Positions 1-12,570 of a stretch of DNA of 64,000 nt are shown piece by piece (the stretch's first letter is position 1; every line of letters starts with the position of its first letter). The position numbers and the translations under genes are program-made. The notes beneath the pieces are model-generated. The model saw nothing but the letters and a program-made list of their open reading frames with translations. It made no database searches and was not told the DNA's origin. This DNA comes from Callorhinchus milii (Eukaryota), in assembly GCF_018977255.1 (NCBI RefSeq), contig NW_024704743.1, forward strand, positions 10,046,001 through 10,110,000. The letters are read 5' to 3'.

Positions 1-139
1 TTTGGATATATCATTATCTGTACACGAGACACCATAAACATGTCATTCCCTTGACAAACTCCACTGTTTGTACATGCTACTTACATACTTTGCTGTTATC
101 AACGGACAGTACTTTTGCAGGAGGATGCCTCAAAGCACT

Positions 140-495
140 TAAGAACATAAGAACATAAGAAATGCTAGACAAAGAAAGACCAAGGTCCACTTAGTTCGCC
201 TTCCTCCTTCCTGGGGTTTACATGCACATATGTCCTGATCTATTTATGCACTATATCCCATGATGTTAGTTCCTAAAAAANCACTATTGAATCTGAGTTT
301 GTTCCATCTGAAACCTGTTCCACAGGTTTACTATTCACTTACCGAAATAGTGTTTCTGTAGATTCGTTCTGAATTTATCCCCCTTCAATCACAGAATTCA
401 TTGTAAAGTGTAGCGATTGTATTCTTTAGATGAATGAGGCAACCCATTTACTGATCAAATATCCTTCTTAGATAGATGCATTCCTTTAAACTGAC
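140..495 (-). mobile_element. CR1-type 3' end remnant
   Basis: (aagaacat)n tail, then ctgttccacagg..actattc..gtgtttct. Confidence 0.6.
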
Positions 496-1004
496 AGGAA
501 AACAAAGAAGCAGGCAGGACGAATTAGACAGCATGTGATGTAATTATTTTTGTGATAAGCTGACAGCTGGTATTTTAAATAATAATAAAATAATAATAAT
601 CCTTGCATTTGATATGCTGTTTTTCTTACTGAGAGGATGTCTCAAAGTGCCTCAAAGGATTTGCTGTAAAGTGTAGGTATAGATGTAGGTGTATATGGAC
701 ACACCAGCCAATTTGCCAACAGCAATGCCCCACAAACAGCCATGAAGTGAATGATCAATATTTTTGGAGGAGTGTTGGCCAGGATACCAGGAGAATCTTC
801 TCTTGAACACCTGAAGGAGACAGGTTCTTGGTTTAACATCTCATCCAACACCTCTGTGGCAATACAACGCTCCCCCACCCCTTCCCAACATTGTATTGGA
901 GTGTCAACCTAGATAATGAGTTCAGAATCTTCTGAATCAGAGATGAGAGTGCTAATGGCTGAGCCAGGCTGCTGACATCTAATGAGAGAGTAAATGATTA
1001 ACTT

Positions 1005-1379
1005 AATAATAATAAGAATCCTTGGATTTGATATAGTGTCTTATCATGTATTCAATACGTCTCAAAGTGCTTCACAGAATATACTGTAAAGTGAATTGAC
1101 TGTATATTTTTGTGAGCATAACACAGCAGCCTATTGCGCACAGCAGTGTCCCACAAACAGTCAATGGATTGAAGTGACCAATTTATTATTTTTCTAAGGA
1201 ATTATTACTGCTGGAAAAGCGATCCGCCAATTGACTAACAACTGGGTTCCTACTTATTGCTAGGTAAATAGAGGCTTGTGGAGTAAGGAAACTTGCCCAA
1301 CGTTTTGCCCTGCCGGGAATCAAACCCAGGTCTCTCGCTTGCAAGGCGAGTGCTCTAACCACTGAGCTACAGAACTCCA
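1005..1379 (-). mobile_element. Full-length tRNA-derived SINE, long form
   Basis: Same head and tail, plus the internal block ctctatttacctagcaataagtaggaaccc..gttagtcaattggcggatcg. Confidence 0.9.
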
Positions 1380-2917
1380 CTAATGAGTGAAAACCACAGA
1401 AAATACATCTGTACCACAGATGTATGCTACAACACTGCACTGCGCTCTGCAACAGACCATCCACAGTGCAAAATTGCTCTTTCCCGATCTTTAAAGTACT
1501 GCCAATGAGCAATTCTACCTTAAAAGTACAGTGAGAATGGGGATAATAATATAGGCATAGAAGTTTCCAGATGATACAAAATTGTGTAGGGTGACAACTG
1601 TGTTGCCGAGGCAATTATGTTAAGAAGGATCAACTGAGTGTACTAAATGCAAATGAACTCTAATATAGATAAATGTCAGCGGCTGGAGATGTCATTTCCT
1701 ACATATACATTGAGGAAAAACCACTATAAAAGGTGGAATCTAAATAGGACTGGGAGGAGGTGATGGAAAACACTCATTGACAATGTCTGACAGTGTGATT
1801 CAGTGATCTGTGGTACTCAGAAAATGTTATAGTTAAACTACTGAGTGGAGACTGGATGACAGCGTTATTCCTGATAATGAATTGTTGAGTTGTCACCCAG
1901 TACAGTAAATATGGGGGTGAAGCGGGAGTGCTCTAGAATCATTCCCACTCCCACTGATTTCTGTTCAATTCCCCACAGGCCATATTTGAAGTGATCGCCT
2001 GTCACTGACCTCCACAGTGTCATTCTCAGTGTCATTCCCCACACTCCACCCCTATAGAGCTTCTTTTCAAATATTTGCCCTATTATCTTTTAAAAAGATA
2101 CTGTTTCAATCGATATTTTTATTAAGGCACACCATCATATCCTATTCAGAATGCTCTGTATATAAAAAAATGTTCCTTTCTTTTTATTTGATGATGAATT
2201 CATGCTGTTTCTTCTTAGATCAGACTCAGATGATTTTGTCACTCTTCAGGTAACCAGATCGTAAAATTAGAATAAATTGGCGATTATTGCTGTTTTGGTT
2301 ATTGAATTATGTGTTGACTTGACCTGAGTTGACTCTACTCTCACCTTTGTGTCACAGAAGATTGAGGGTTCAAGGCCCACGTCAGAACTGGAAATCAGAG
2401 TCTAGGTGCAGTACTCCAGTGCAGTACTGGAGGAGTGGCTGCACTGCCAGAGATGCTGTCTTTCAATAAGACACGTGCTAACATCTCATCCAAATGTTGG
2501 CACCTCCAACAACACAAACCACCCCCCCTTGAACTGCATTGGAGTATCAGACTTGACTACTTGAGGTCAAAGTCCCACAAGCATCCCCTTGTTCTTCAGG
2601 TGAACTTGAAGGTCTTCAATCGCATAAACTTCAGTTCAGAATTGAGAGCATTACCATTACCAACTGAGCCGAGCTGAGGGCAACCCTGGGGGAAATTGGC
2701 CAACCTGCAACTTCCCCTCCATCCCTGCTGGGCCGTCCAGACACCGGATTACAGCAGAGAAGGAAAAGTCATTGCACACACAACCCCTATGTGTTGAACC
2801 ACTGTGTGGTTACATTTCTAAGCATTTTGACAGACACGTTTTGTAGACCAGTTGCATGGAAAAAGAATCTAATACCTGGGCCGCCTAGCACCATCTAAGT
2901 TTTTCATTAGTCAAATA

Positions 2918-3031
2918 GTTAAATACTGTACAGTTTGATCGAAAGGTTAAATACTGTACAATCTGTTCGAAAGATAAAACACTGTACAATCTGTTCAAAA
3001 GATTAAATACTGTACAATCTGTTTAGAAGAT
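2918..3031. repeat. 28-bp minisatellite x4
   Basis: Unit approximately gttaaatactgtacaatctgttcgaaag, starting at 2918, 2946, 2974 and 3002. Confidence 0.92.
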
Positions 3032-3789
3032 GGCTGAGAAAATAAATTAGAAGCATCTCAAGGACGTTTTGGTTAAAATAAATTTAAGTCCTAAGGGTTG
3101 TAAAGATCTCACAAAATTTATTTTTGATGGTCTACTCGTGCCTGAAATGGTTGCTCTCAGATTTACAGCTCATGTGATTTATTTTTACATTGATTGGGCA
3201 AGAAGTGGGGACTGCTTGAGTTCCTTCTGAATGGTGAAATGGGACAAACTGGGTTTCCCCAGTTTAAGTGCAACTTGAGGGCCCTGTATAAATGCAAGTG
3301 GTTGTTGTTTTAGATAAATTATGACGAAGTCTCAACCTGGCTCAATTGGCAGAACTTTCACTCAGTGTGAGAGTGCTCCAACTCAAAAGAGTTGGAGTGG
3401 TTGGGCTGATAGCCCCATCACTGAAGGAGTGGGTAATAATAATAATAATTATAAAGGGTAGGGCAGTGGACATGAAGCAGGTTGGTGATCCTTACATTTG
3501 GGGCAAAAATGCAGTATGTGACATGCTATTTAGCATCAGTTATCAACATTTTGCCCTGCTTTATCCGCAAAGTTGTACCCATTCACTGGATGAGCTGTTC
3601 CAACTTTCCAAACTATCTAGCTGAGTGAAATCATATATGTGATAATCTTCATCAAACTACTCCTGCCTGAACCTCTTTCCATATTGCAGCAGCTGTGAGA
3701 GATTTCTTCTGGGCTGAGGATGGATTCTCAGTTGACATGTTGCAGGTTCCTCTCTCTAAACACTTCAGCTCCTGTCAGAAATCGGTATT

Positions 3790-4170
3790 ATTTTTCGCTC
3801 AGCCAGGTGTCTGACACATGCCGAAAACCCATCACCATATTTAAAAGTATCCAAACCAAGCTGAGAGTTCCACAAATGTATGCCACCTACACATGGAAAT
3901 TTCCCTGTGTCTGGATTGGAAAGCGCACCTAGTTTTACCAAATTCTGGAGAGTATTAGACACAGGTTGCACAAAGGATGGGGGAGCCCAGACTGTGCCTT
4001 GAGGTACTACTGGAGTTTAACCAGGTTAAATCACATAGCTTGCCACTGAATACAGTCTGGCAGATTTCTTCCTGCTTTTCCAGCTAGGACCACCCTTCAT
4101 GTTAGGGCTTTTCCTTGCAGGGGCAACCTGAGCCAAATGGAAGAATCCCTGCCCCCAGTTCAGTAATCTG
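3790..4170 (+). repeat. Unclassified old interspersed repeat, copy 1 of 4
   Basis: Shares acatggaaatttccctg, gtatccaaacc..gagagttc, ggagtttaacc and ccagctagga blocks with 23547-24030(-), 40435-40590(-) and 57590-57812(-). Confidence 0.75.
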
Positions 4171-5299
4171 GCACAACAAATTCTGCGATGAGGCAGGCTG
4201 TCATCATCAGTGCCTTCAAAACTGTATGAAAGGAATAAGTAAATGCTCTGAGTGTTTGAGAAAGCCAGGGAGTTTTAAAAAGAACACATAATAGATTTTG
4301 GTTTCTCATCATTTTAACATAAAGCATATGGATACTGTAAAGAAGACAAAACTGAAGATTGCATGGCCTGGCTGGCTGCCCCTATCGTTGCAAGACCCCA
4401 GGGTTAACTGAGAAAAAAATAGTAGTTTAAATTGCCAGATGTGGTCCTTTGAGGACATTTTTGCTTGCTTATTTCAGTAGCGAAATGCTCAGGTGATTTC
4501 ACGTCATATTCTGTGTGCCAACTAATCCTAGCAGATTAAAAAACTAACATATGGAACATTGCAAAAACAAAGAAAGTGATTTACTATTCTCAAGTTTACA
4601 GAAAGCTGGGAAAGTGGACAGTTTGAACCAGCATGACTTTATTAGTACTGTTTCAGAGCAAATTATATTTTACCATGTGATATGAATAATAAGCAATAAT
4701 AATACGCTAACAGTTGATGTAGGGCCTTTCACACCAGGAAGATGTCTTAAATCACTTAACAGAATATGCTGCAAGGTTTAGTGACTGTGTATTTTGTAGG
4801 CAAACATGGCAGCTAATTTGTGCACAGCAAAGTCCCACAAACAGCCATCAAGTGAATGACTAATTTTATCTGGGAGATTGTTGGGCAGGAGACTGGGAGA
4901 AACTTCCTCCTGTTTTTTGGAGGAGCACTGTAATGTTAGAGATGCTGTCCTTCAAATGAAATGATAAACTGAGGCAGTATTTTGAAAGAGAAGTGAGTTT
5001 TTCCCTAGTGTCCTGGCCAACAATCCCCTAAAATAAAATTGGCAATTTCAATACATAACTGTTTGTGGGACATTGTTGTGTGTAAATTAGTTGCCATGTT
5101 TCACTTACATAAATATAGGCACAACACTGCACGATAAATCAAATGAAATGCTTTGACATATCCTCCTGATATTAAAAGGTTGTTTATCAAATGGAAGGAT
5201 TATTATGTCTGAAATGCTGTACACTGTCCAGCGCCTTGAGACATCCTCTCGACGTGAAAGGTGCTATACAAATGTAATCTTGTTGTTGTTGTATTATAA

Positions 5300-5625
5300 G
5301 AAAGCCCAAGGTTTTTTTCCTAGTTTGTACTGGGTTATTTTATCTCAATCAGAGCAATGATAGTGCCTCTACCATTGGCCTCATTGTCCCTCAGTTATGG
5401 AGAGAGGAAAACACAGCCCAGGGATTCTTCAGAACCTATTTCCTGAAGGAAAGTGCATGTTCATCAAGTGAGCCATGGAATGAGGGCAGTTATGATGATG
5501 TCTTCATCTGACAAGCAGTCGGCTCACGAATAAAGAATTGGTCACTTGGGTGTATTGCTGGAGGTTTGCCTGTAGACACTAAATAATAATCTAGTGTGAG
5601 TCACCTCTGTCAAGAGAGACTATTG
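5300..5625 (+). mobile_element. LF-SINE-like relic
   Basis: ctaccattggcctcattgtccctcagttatggagagaggaaaacacagcccaggg..ggaaagtgcatg..ggctcacgaataaagaattggtcacttggg resembles the recalled LF-SINE consensus. Confidence 0.6.
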
Positions 5626-6049
5626 GGGGAAAATATAAATTCAGTACTGAACAATTGATATGGCTGTTTGTTGCACAAATTGGCTGTCGTGTTCACCCAC
5701 AAAATGTAGAAATCTACAATGCAGAAGGAGGCCATTCGGCCAATCAAGCTTGAATTGCCTCACAGAGCAAGAATATCCGCATATCTCTCAAATTTCTCTC
5801 TTTCATATGCCTATTTGTTTCCCTCTTGAAGCCTACAATGGAATCCACCTATACCACCCTACTTGGCGAGGCATTCCACACTCTAATTACTCTCTGAGTG
5901 AAGCATTTCGCCCAAGTTTCCCTTTAACTCTTCTTATGGTAATCGTATATCTATGTCCCACACAGTATTTCCTTGAAGTGTTTTGAGACAGTCTCCCAAC
6001 ATGAAATGCAAGGATTATTATTATTATTATATTCTGTATCTTATAGATG

Positions 6050-6355
6050 TGTGGAGTCCTGTAGCTCCGTGGTTAGAGCACTCGCCTCGCAAACGAGAAA
6101 TCTGGGTTCAATACCCAGCAGGGTTAAATCTTGGGCAAGTTTCGTTATTCCACATGCCTGATAATAATCCCTCAAAAAAAATAGCAATTTGGTCACTCAA
6201 TCCACGACTGTTTGTAGGACACCTCTGTGCGCGATTGGCTGCTGCGTTTCGCCCACAAATATAGTCAATTCACTTTACAGTATATTCTGTGAAGCACTTT
6301 GAGACGTCTAGAAGACATGAAAAGCGCTATATCAAATGCAACGATTATTATTATT
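6050..6355 (+). mobile_element. Full-length tRNA-derived SINE, short form (tRNA head, Deu-like core, L2-type tail, (ATT)n)
   Basis: A box tagctccgtgg, B box ggttcaatac, core ctgtttgtaggac..gtgcgcgattggctgctgcgtttc, tail agcactttgagacgtctagaagacatgaaaagcgct. Confidence 0.92.
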
Positions 6356-7921
6356 AATGATGGCTAATCTTATGCCATAAATCAAGAAATATTCAAAAGT
6401 ATTAAAAAATCCTGGAAACACACTGCAGGTCAAATATGGACTTACCAAGACTAATGCGAATGTTCGGAGGGTCGCTTTTTGACAGCCCTTTGGCTGCAGT
6501 TTGGCCATCCACTGAGTTGGATAGTAGACAACACTTCCCTTTGATAGTGGAATCCATTTCAAGATGGATGTAGCCTTAAAATCAGAACCAAGACAGTTGG
6601 AACTGAGGTCAAGAAGCTTGATTCACACAAAGTTGTAAAGATGTGGGGCTCTCTGCACCAGAAAGCTATAGAGGTGGAATCAAAGGAGTAAATAATAATA
6701 ATAATCCTTGCATTTGATATAGCACCTTATCACGTCATCGATAAATCTCCAAGCGCTTCAAAGGAGAGGTAATAATAGGTATGATGAAAGGGTGGGATTA
6801 AGATTAAAGATCTTAAAGTTTTTATAAAAAATATATTCTATTTAGTATCCCAATAATCTTTTAATGAAACAACATTTAATAGTTTTGCAGAGAGGTTAAA
6901 AAATCTAGCAAATGAAATGTTGACAATTTTCCTTTTAGTAATGGGTAGGGATATGCCTTTCCCTGGTGTTGCAGGAAGCAGCGAGCTGAGTTCCTGTGGA
7001 CCACAATAACTTGGGCATTGTAAAGTGCACACTCTGTTCAGTCTTAAAACTTGTCAACAATAGTGGGCTCTGTCTAATATTTATGCACTGGAATAATAAC
7101 AAATGCCGTGTTTTCCTCAGTAAAGTCAACCTTATATGTTAATTGAAGTAACTCAAATAGCCCAATTTTCATTTGACCTGCTTTAAAACTTTGTGTATCA
7201 CTTTTGTTAACTTTTAACATAAAAACAGCATGTAATAACATGGAAGCTGGCTTCTTAATTCAAACTGCTCAGCTGAGGCTATTTTAACAGTCAACTTGAA
7301 TATTCCTATTTGTCCAGAATGAGAAGTTTAACCTACAGATGCCAACTGAAAATTGCTCTATTTTACCAGACAGCAAATGTCAACTCAACAGAGAATCTGT
7401 GAGAGTCAATCGACGAGTCAGCCTTTCATTTGGTTACCCCAAACACTTATGATTCCAAACAACAAAGAAAACAAAACCAGTTGAAGCAACCCAGCTGAGA
7501 TCCTGAAATAAGCAACTCCTGATCTGAAATGCCTCATAAACGGAGGCTAGAAAATTGATTACATTATTGTTTTAAATGTTGTCAACAACATCTTATTTCT
7601 GCCAATTTCACAATTTGTTTTGTTTTTCCCTGTGTGTATGAGGGGCTGAAAACCTCTCACCACCCACATGGATACGCACACCAATTTGAAAATTGACATT
7701 TACTGTGTGTGTAAGTGGGTTCAAGATTTTGCACTTACAATCTAGGCTGACACTCCAGTGCAGTGCAGGGTAGGTGGGGGCGCGGGTATGGGGGGTGCTG
7801 CAATGTTGAAGGTACTATCCTTCGGTTGAGACATTAAACCAAGGTCCCGTCTACCTATTCAGGTGGATGTTAAAAAATCTATGCCACCATTCTAAAAGAG
7901 AAAGTATCTCTCCTAATGTCA

Positions 7922-8118
7922 ATGTGGAGTCCTGTAGCTCAGTGGTTAGAGCACTTGCTTTGCGAGTGAGAGACCCGAGTTCAATTCCAGGCAGGACGAA
8001 ACCTTGGGCAAGTTTCCTTACTCCATACGCGTAATAATAATCCCTCCAAAAAAAAACAATAATAAATTGGTCATTTTCAATCTACGACTGTTTGTGGGAC
8101 TCTGCTGTGTGCAATTGC
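7922..8118 (+). mobile_element. tRNA-derived SINE 5' part, abutting an older SINE (about 7710-7920)
   Basis: gtcctgtagctcagtggttagagc...caggac head and core start. Confidence 0.85.
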
Positions 8119-8929
8119 CCAAGTGCTAGGGTAATTATTATTGCTATATGTTGAAGAGTTTAACTTCCCCCTCCAAAAAAAAGTTTCAGAACAGTGTTGA
8201 CTGAGTAAGCTATTATTTGTACAGTGAGCTCAGTGTCTTAAAAATGATTCAGTGTAGGTCAAAACTGACAGGCTGGTGTTTTATGGGATTTAAACTTTAT
8301 CACATGTTTCCCTACCTCGTAAAGAAGCTCATGTAGTTAACCTTTATCATTTCCTCACCAAACCAGGAAACCTCCTTAAGTAGTGCTGGGTCAGTGCTGT
8401 CTGCTCCTGTCACTATTTACACAGAAGGAGCTGACCTCAGCCCTATAATTACCATACTTAGACGATGGGTTTCAGTAATTAACCTGTGGTCACAGAGACA
8501 AATTGAACACTGCCCCGCCTGACTCTAAATAAATAAATAAAATGACTGTGGATAGCATGGGGTTGGGCATTCGTTTCAGCCTCATTTGTTAATATAATTG
8601 GATTTTATCTTTCTGCACAGATCCATTCGGTCTTTGGGTGTATTCAGTTTTACAGTACAATACAATTTACATTTATGTAGCGCCTTTCACATTGGGAGGA
8701 TGTCTCAAAGCATTTTTTGTTAAGACATCGTATGGGAATAATGTAAATAAATAATCTTGAGTTTACATTGGACTTTCTCAACCGCAGTTGCATTTCGTTT
8801 ATGCTGTAAACAAGGGGAGGATTTGCAAGTTTGCAAGTTTGGGATCATGATTTACAAATTTAATCTCTGCATCAAAATGAGATTTTGGTGGGTATATTGA
8901 AGCCGCAATTATAATACCCCCACAACAAT

Positions 8930-9175
8930 GCCGGCACTCTCTGGAACCCCATGCCAGAAACCTTTTGTCTTGGCCCTTCCCTCGCCTCCTTCAATGTCTG
9001 TCTCAGGACCTTCCTCTTTGATCGCATCCTTGGTTATCTTTCTCCCTTTAACCCCAACCCCATTGGCCCCTATCCTTGCCGAATCCAACCCTCAGCTCAG
9101 TTGCAAACCTTCAACTGTCTTGGGCCATTCGCCTGATGTGAAAGGTGTTATATAAATGCAATTTGTTGTTGTTGT
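8930..9175 (+). mobile_element. L2 3' fragment
   Basis: ctctggaac...ttcctctttgatcg...gtgaaaggtgttatataaatgcaatttgttgttg. Confidence 0.8.
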
Positions 9176-10334
9176 AATTATGATTCTCTGCAAGAACTGT
9201 TAAATGTGGTGTGCAGGGCAAAAGCAGCTGGCATTTTGAGAGCTTCTCAGAGACAGACTGTGTCAACAAATTCTTTTGGGAATCAGACAGCTGTTTGGTG
9301 AAAATAATAACAATAATAATCCTTACATCTGATACAACGCCTTTCGTCAGGAGGACGTCTTAAAGCGCTTCACAGAATATACTGTAAAGTATAGTGACTG
9401 TGTATTTTGTAGGCAGATGCAGTAGCTAATTTGCACACAGCAAAATTCCACAAACAGCCATGAAGTTAATGACCACTTTTATTTGAGGATTGGTTGGCCA
9501 GGACAAATCTATTGACGGAAATAAGAGATAGCAAAGTGTAGGATTTTTCTTCACTTTAGGACCATCCAGAAGGAACACTTGGTATTCTCTGTTCTTGCAC
9601 ATTCCTATGTTAAAGAGGCTCTGTGGTTTGCTGAGGAAGGCGAGAGGATGAATGATGGAGCCAAGTCTTAAGGTGTCACAGTAGCAACAAATCTACATTG
9701 CACTACAATGCACACTCTGCCAGTGAAGAGGCTGATGTGCTGAAGAGTTTAAATGGAATGAACTTCACATCAGAGCTTTGTGCAAAGGTGCCACTAACTC
9801 ATTAAGAGCAATGGTACTGAAAAGACTGTGGTGGACTCCATTGCCACACAGGGGAGAATCCAGAGTGAATCTGAAATATTAATCACTCCAAATTCAGCTG
9901 ACTCGAATCTACAATATTTTACTTTCCAGCTAGGAAGGTGGAGAGAAAGATGGGGGGAGAGAGAGAGAGGGGATTTTTTTCCTCTCTAGCCATGGCACTG
10001 AAGCTAACTTTAGCACTCCATCACCACCTCTTCTGTGAAGTGTGCCAACTTGGCTCAGTTGGCACTACTCTTGCCTTTGTGTTAAGTTATAGGATCAAAT
10101 CCTCACGTCGGGACTTTGAATTCACACAGTCAAGGGTGACACTCCAATGCAATGCTGGGCATTTTCTGCATTGTTGGAGGTGCTGTCCTTCAGATGAAAC
10201 ATTAAACCAAGTTCCCATCTACCTGTTCAGATGGATGTAAAGGTCTCATGGCACTCTTCAAAAAGAGAAGAGAGTTTCTCCCTTCTGAGGATCAATCATG
10301 GTACTTTCTTGTTCTGTATAACTCAGTGTCCACA

Positions 10335-10560
10335 ATAAGACCATAAGACCATAAGACATAGGAGCAGGAGTAGGCCATTCGGCCCCTTGAGCCTGCCCGA
10401 CCATTTAATAAGATCATGGCTGATCTTCTAACCTAATTCCATTTACCCGCCCTATCCCCATATCTCTTAATCTGTCTATCCTTTAGAAATCTATTAACCT
10501 CAGTCTTGAATATGTTCAAGGACTGAGCATCCACAGTGCTTCTGGGGTAGAGAATTCCAC
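10335..10560 (-). mobile_element. CR1-type 3' end
   Basis: Octamer-type tail repeats (cataagac)x3 followed by ataggagcaggagtaggccattcggcccc and ggggtagagaattccac. Confidence 0.75.
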
Positions 10561-11437
10561 AAATAAGCAATAGTTTGCTTACAAATCAGAGTCACTATAC
10601 TTCATAATAAAAATCCTATGAAGTGATTTGAGATTTTTTGATGATGTGATAAGGTACAATATCAAATAAATAGACTATGGTTAGTTTTGTGAACTGTTCT
10701 GTCAGGAGAGCTACTAAACTAATATTAAACTAAGAGGTGGGTTTCTTGGAAGGAGAAACAACAGTGTTGAATGTGTGACTGGCAAAAAGCAATTTCAGTG
10801 AATTAAGTGAATGGGCTTTTACGCTGTCAAAATACATGGCACAGATGTCCTGTAATAATATGACATGAATTTATGATTTGAAATGTGCAGCTTGATCGCA
10901 AACAGCGCATGATTACAAAAAGAATTGTTATTGCTGGAGCCTAAAAAAGCCTAAAAATGCATGCTGATGTGGCCAGAAATGATTGCAAATGTTTGCATTC
11001 TTCAGGCAAAGAGGACAGCCTTTGAGCCTTTCAATTATGGCAAGTGATGTATTGCTGTTGTATTACATGTAATGATAAATACGCAATAATTATCAGGAGG
11101 TTTTTTTTATATGTGGTATCTCACACACCAAACTTAATAAGCCTATTGCCCCCATCCTCACTCGGTTTCCTATCTTCAAGTGGACTGAATTCCTCGTCCT
11201 CATTTTTGAATCCTGCCGCAGCATCTTCCCAGCTGACAACAACAAATTATATTTATATAACGCCTTTCAAGTTGGAAGACGCTGGACAGTTAAGGGTGTG
11301 TACCCGAGCTGGGGGTTTAGATTCAATAGGGGTGGGGGAGTGTGGGTGGGGCCCAGAGTGTAGCCGTAGGCCTCAAGGAGGACGGTATTGGGAGTGCTCT
11401 AACTGATACGCTACAGGACTCCAACATAAACAATTCC

Positions 11438-11508
11438 AGGGGGCACCTGAATTTTAACCTGGGACCTCTTGATCTGCAGTCAAAGGTTCTATATTGAGCA
11501 ACACCCCC
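11438..11508 (-). pseudogene. tRNA-Cys(GCA) pseudogene
   Basis: Anticodon arm TTTGACTGCAGATCAA is intact, but the D arm and B box are damaged (GTTAAAATT). Confidence 0.85.
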
Positions 11509-11901
11509 AGTTCAAGTGTTTCAGATCTTCAAATGTTATATTTGAAATATTGCATTAAATAAGAAGGAAACATTATAAATGGCTGCGCACTATTAGACAC
11601 ACTTTGTTTTGGAAACCTTTGTTTTAAAAAAGTCTCATAAGCCCTAAAAGCCGACGGTTCACCTCAAATACTAACTGAAACTCAGGATACTCTACTGGGG
11701 ATTTGAGGGCAGACAGATCAATTAAAGTTAGTTCTGCATAAAATGTGCTATATGACTAAAACTTGTTGTTGAGCGGTAATGTACTATCTGTCTATACTGT
11801 ACCACGAATGGAAGAGAGGCATCTTAGGAACATCTGTAAACAGGAACAGGAGGAATTCATTCAGTCCATCAAACCTGTTGTCCAATTTATTAGATTTTGG
11901 C

Positions 11902-12570
11902 AGATTTTTAATCTTAATCCCACCCTTTCATCATACCTATTATTACCTCTCCTTTGAAGCGCTTGGATATTTATCGATGACGTGATAAGGTGCTATATCA
12001 AATGCAAGGATTATTATTATTATTTACTCCTTTGATTCCACCTCTATAGCTTTCTGGGGCAGAGAGTCCCACATCTTTACAACTCTGTGTGAATAAATGC
12101 TTCTTGACCTCAGTTCTAACTGTCTTGGTTCTGATTTTAAGGCTACATCCACCTACATTGAAATGGATTCCGCTATCAAAGGGAAGTGTTGTCTACTATC
12201 TAACTCAGTGGATGGCCAAACTATAGCCAAAGGGCTGTCAAAAAGCGACCCTCCGAACATTCGCATTAGTCTAGATAAGTCCTGTAGTGTTTTTCCAGGA
12301 TTTTGTAATACTTTTGAATATTTCTTGATTTATGGCATAAGATTGGCCATCATTAATAATAATAATCCTTGCATTTTTCACTTCTTCTAGACGTCTCAAA
12401 GCACTTCACAGAATATACTGTAAACTGAATTGACTGTATATTTGTGGGCGAAACACGGCAACCAATTGCGCACAGCAGTGTCCCACAAATAGTCGTGGAT
12501 TGAAGTAACCAAATTATTTTTTTTTCTTGAGGGATTATTATCAGGCATGTGGAGTAAGGAAACTTGACCA
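11902..12570 (-). repeat. Inverted duplicate of 6132-6813
   Basis: Collinear reverse-complement match including non-repeat sequence (e.g. gtcaaaaagcgaccctccgaacattcgcattagtc). Confidence 0.95.

Noticed and set aside
281..281. Single N base
   Set aside because: Assembly ambiguity, not biology.
2918..3031. CRISPR-like periodicity (also 29341-29500, 23313-23455, 54120-54345)
   Set aside because: Head-to-tail repeats without unique spacers, no cas genes, and a eukaryotic context.
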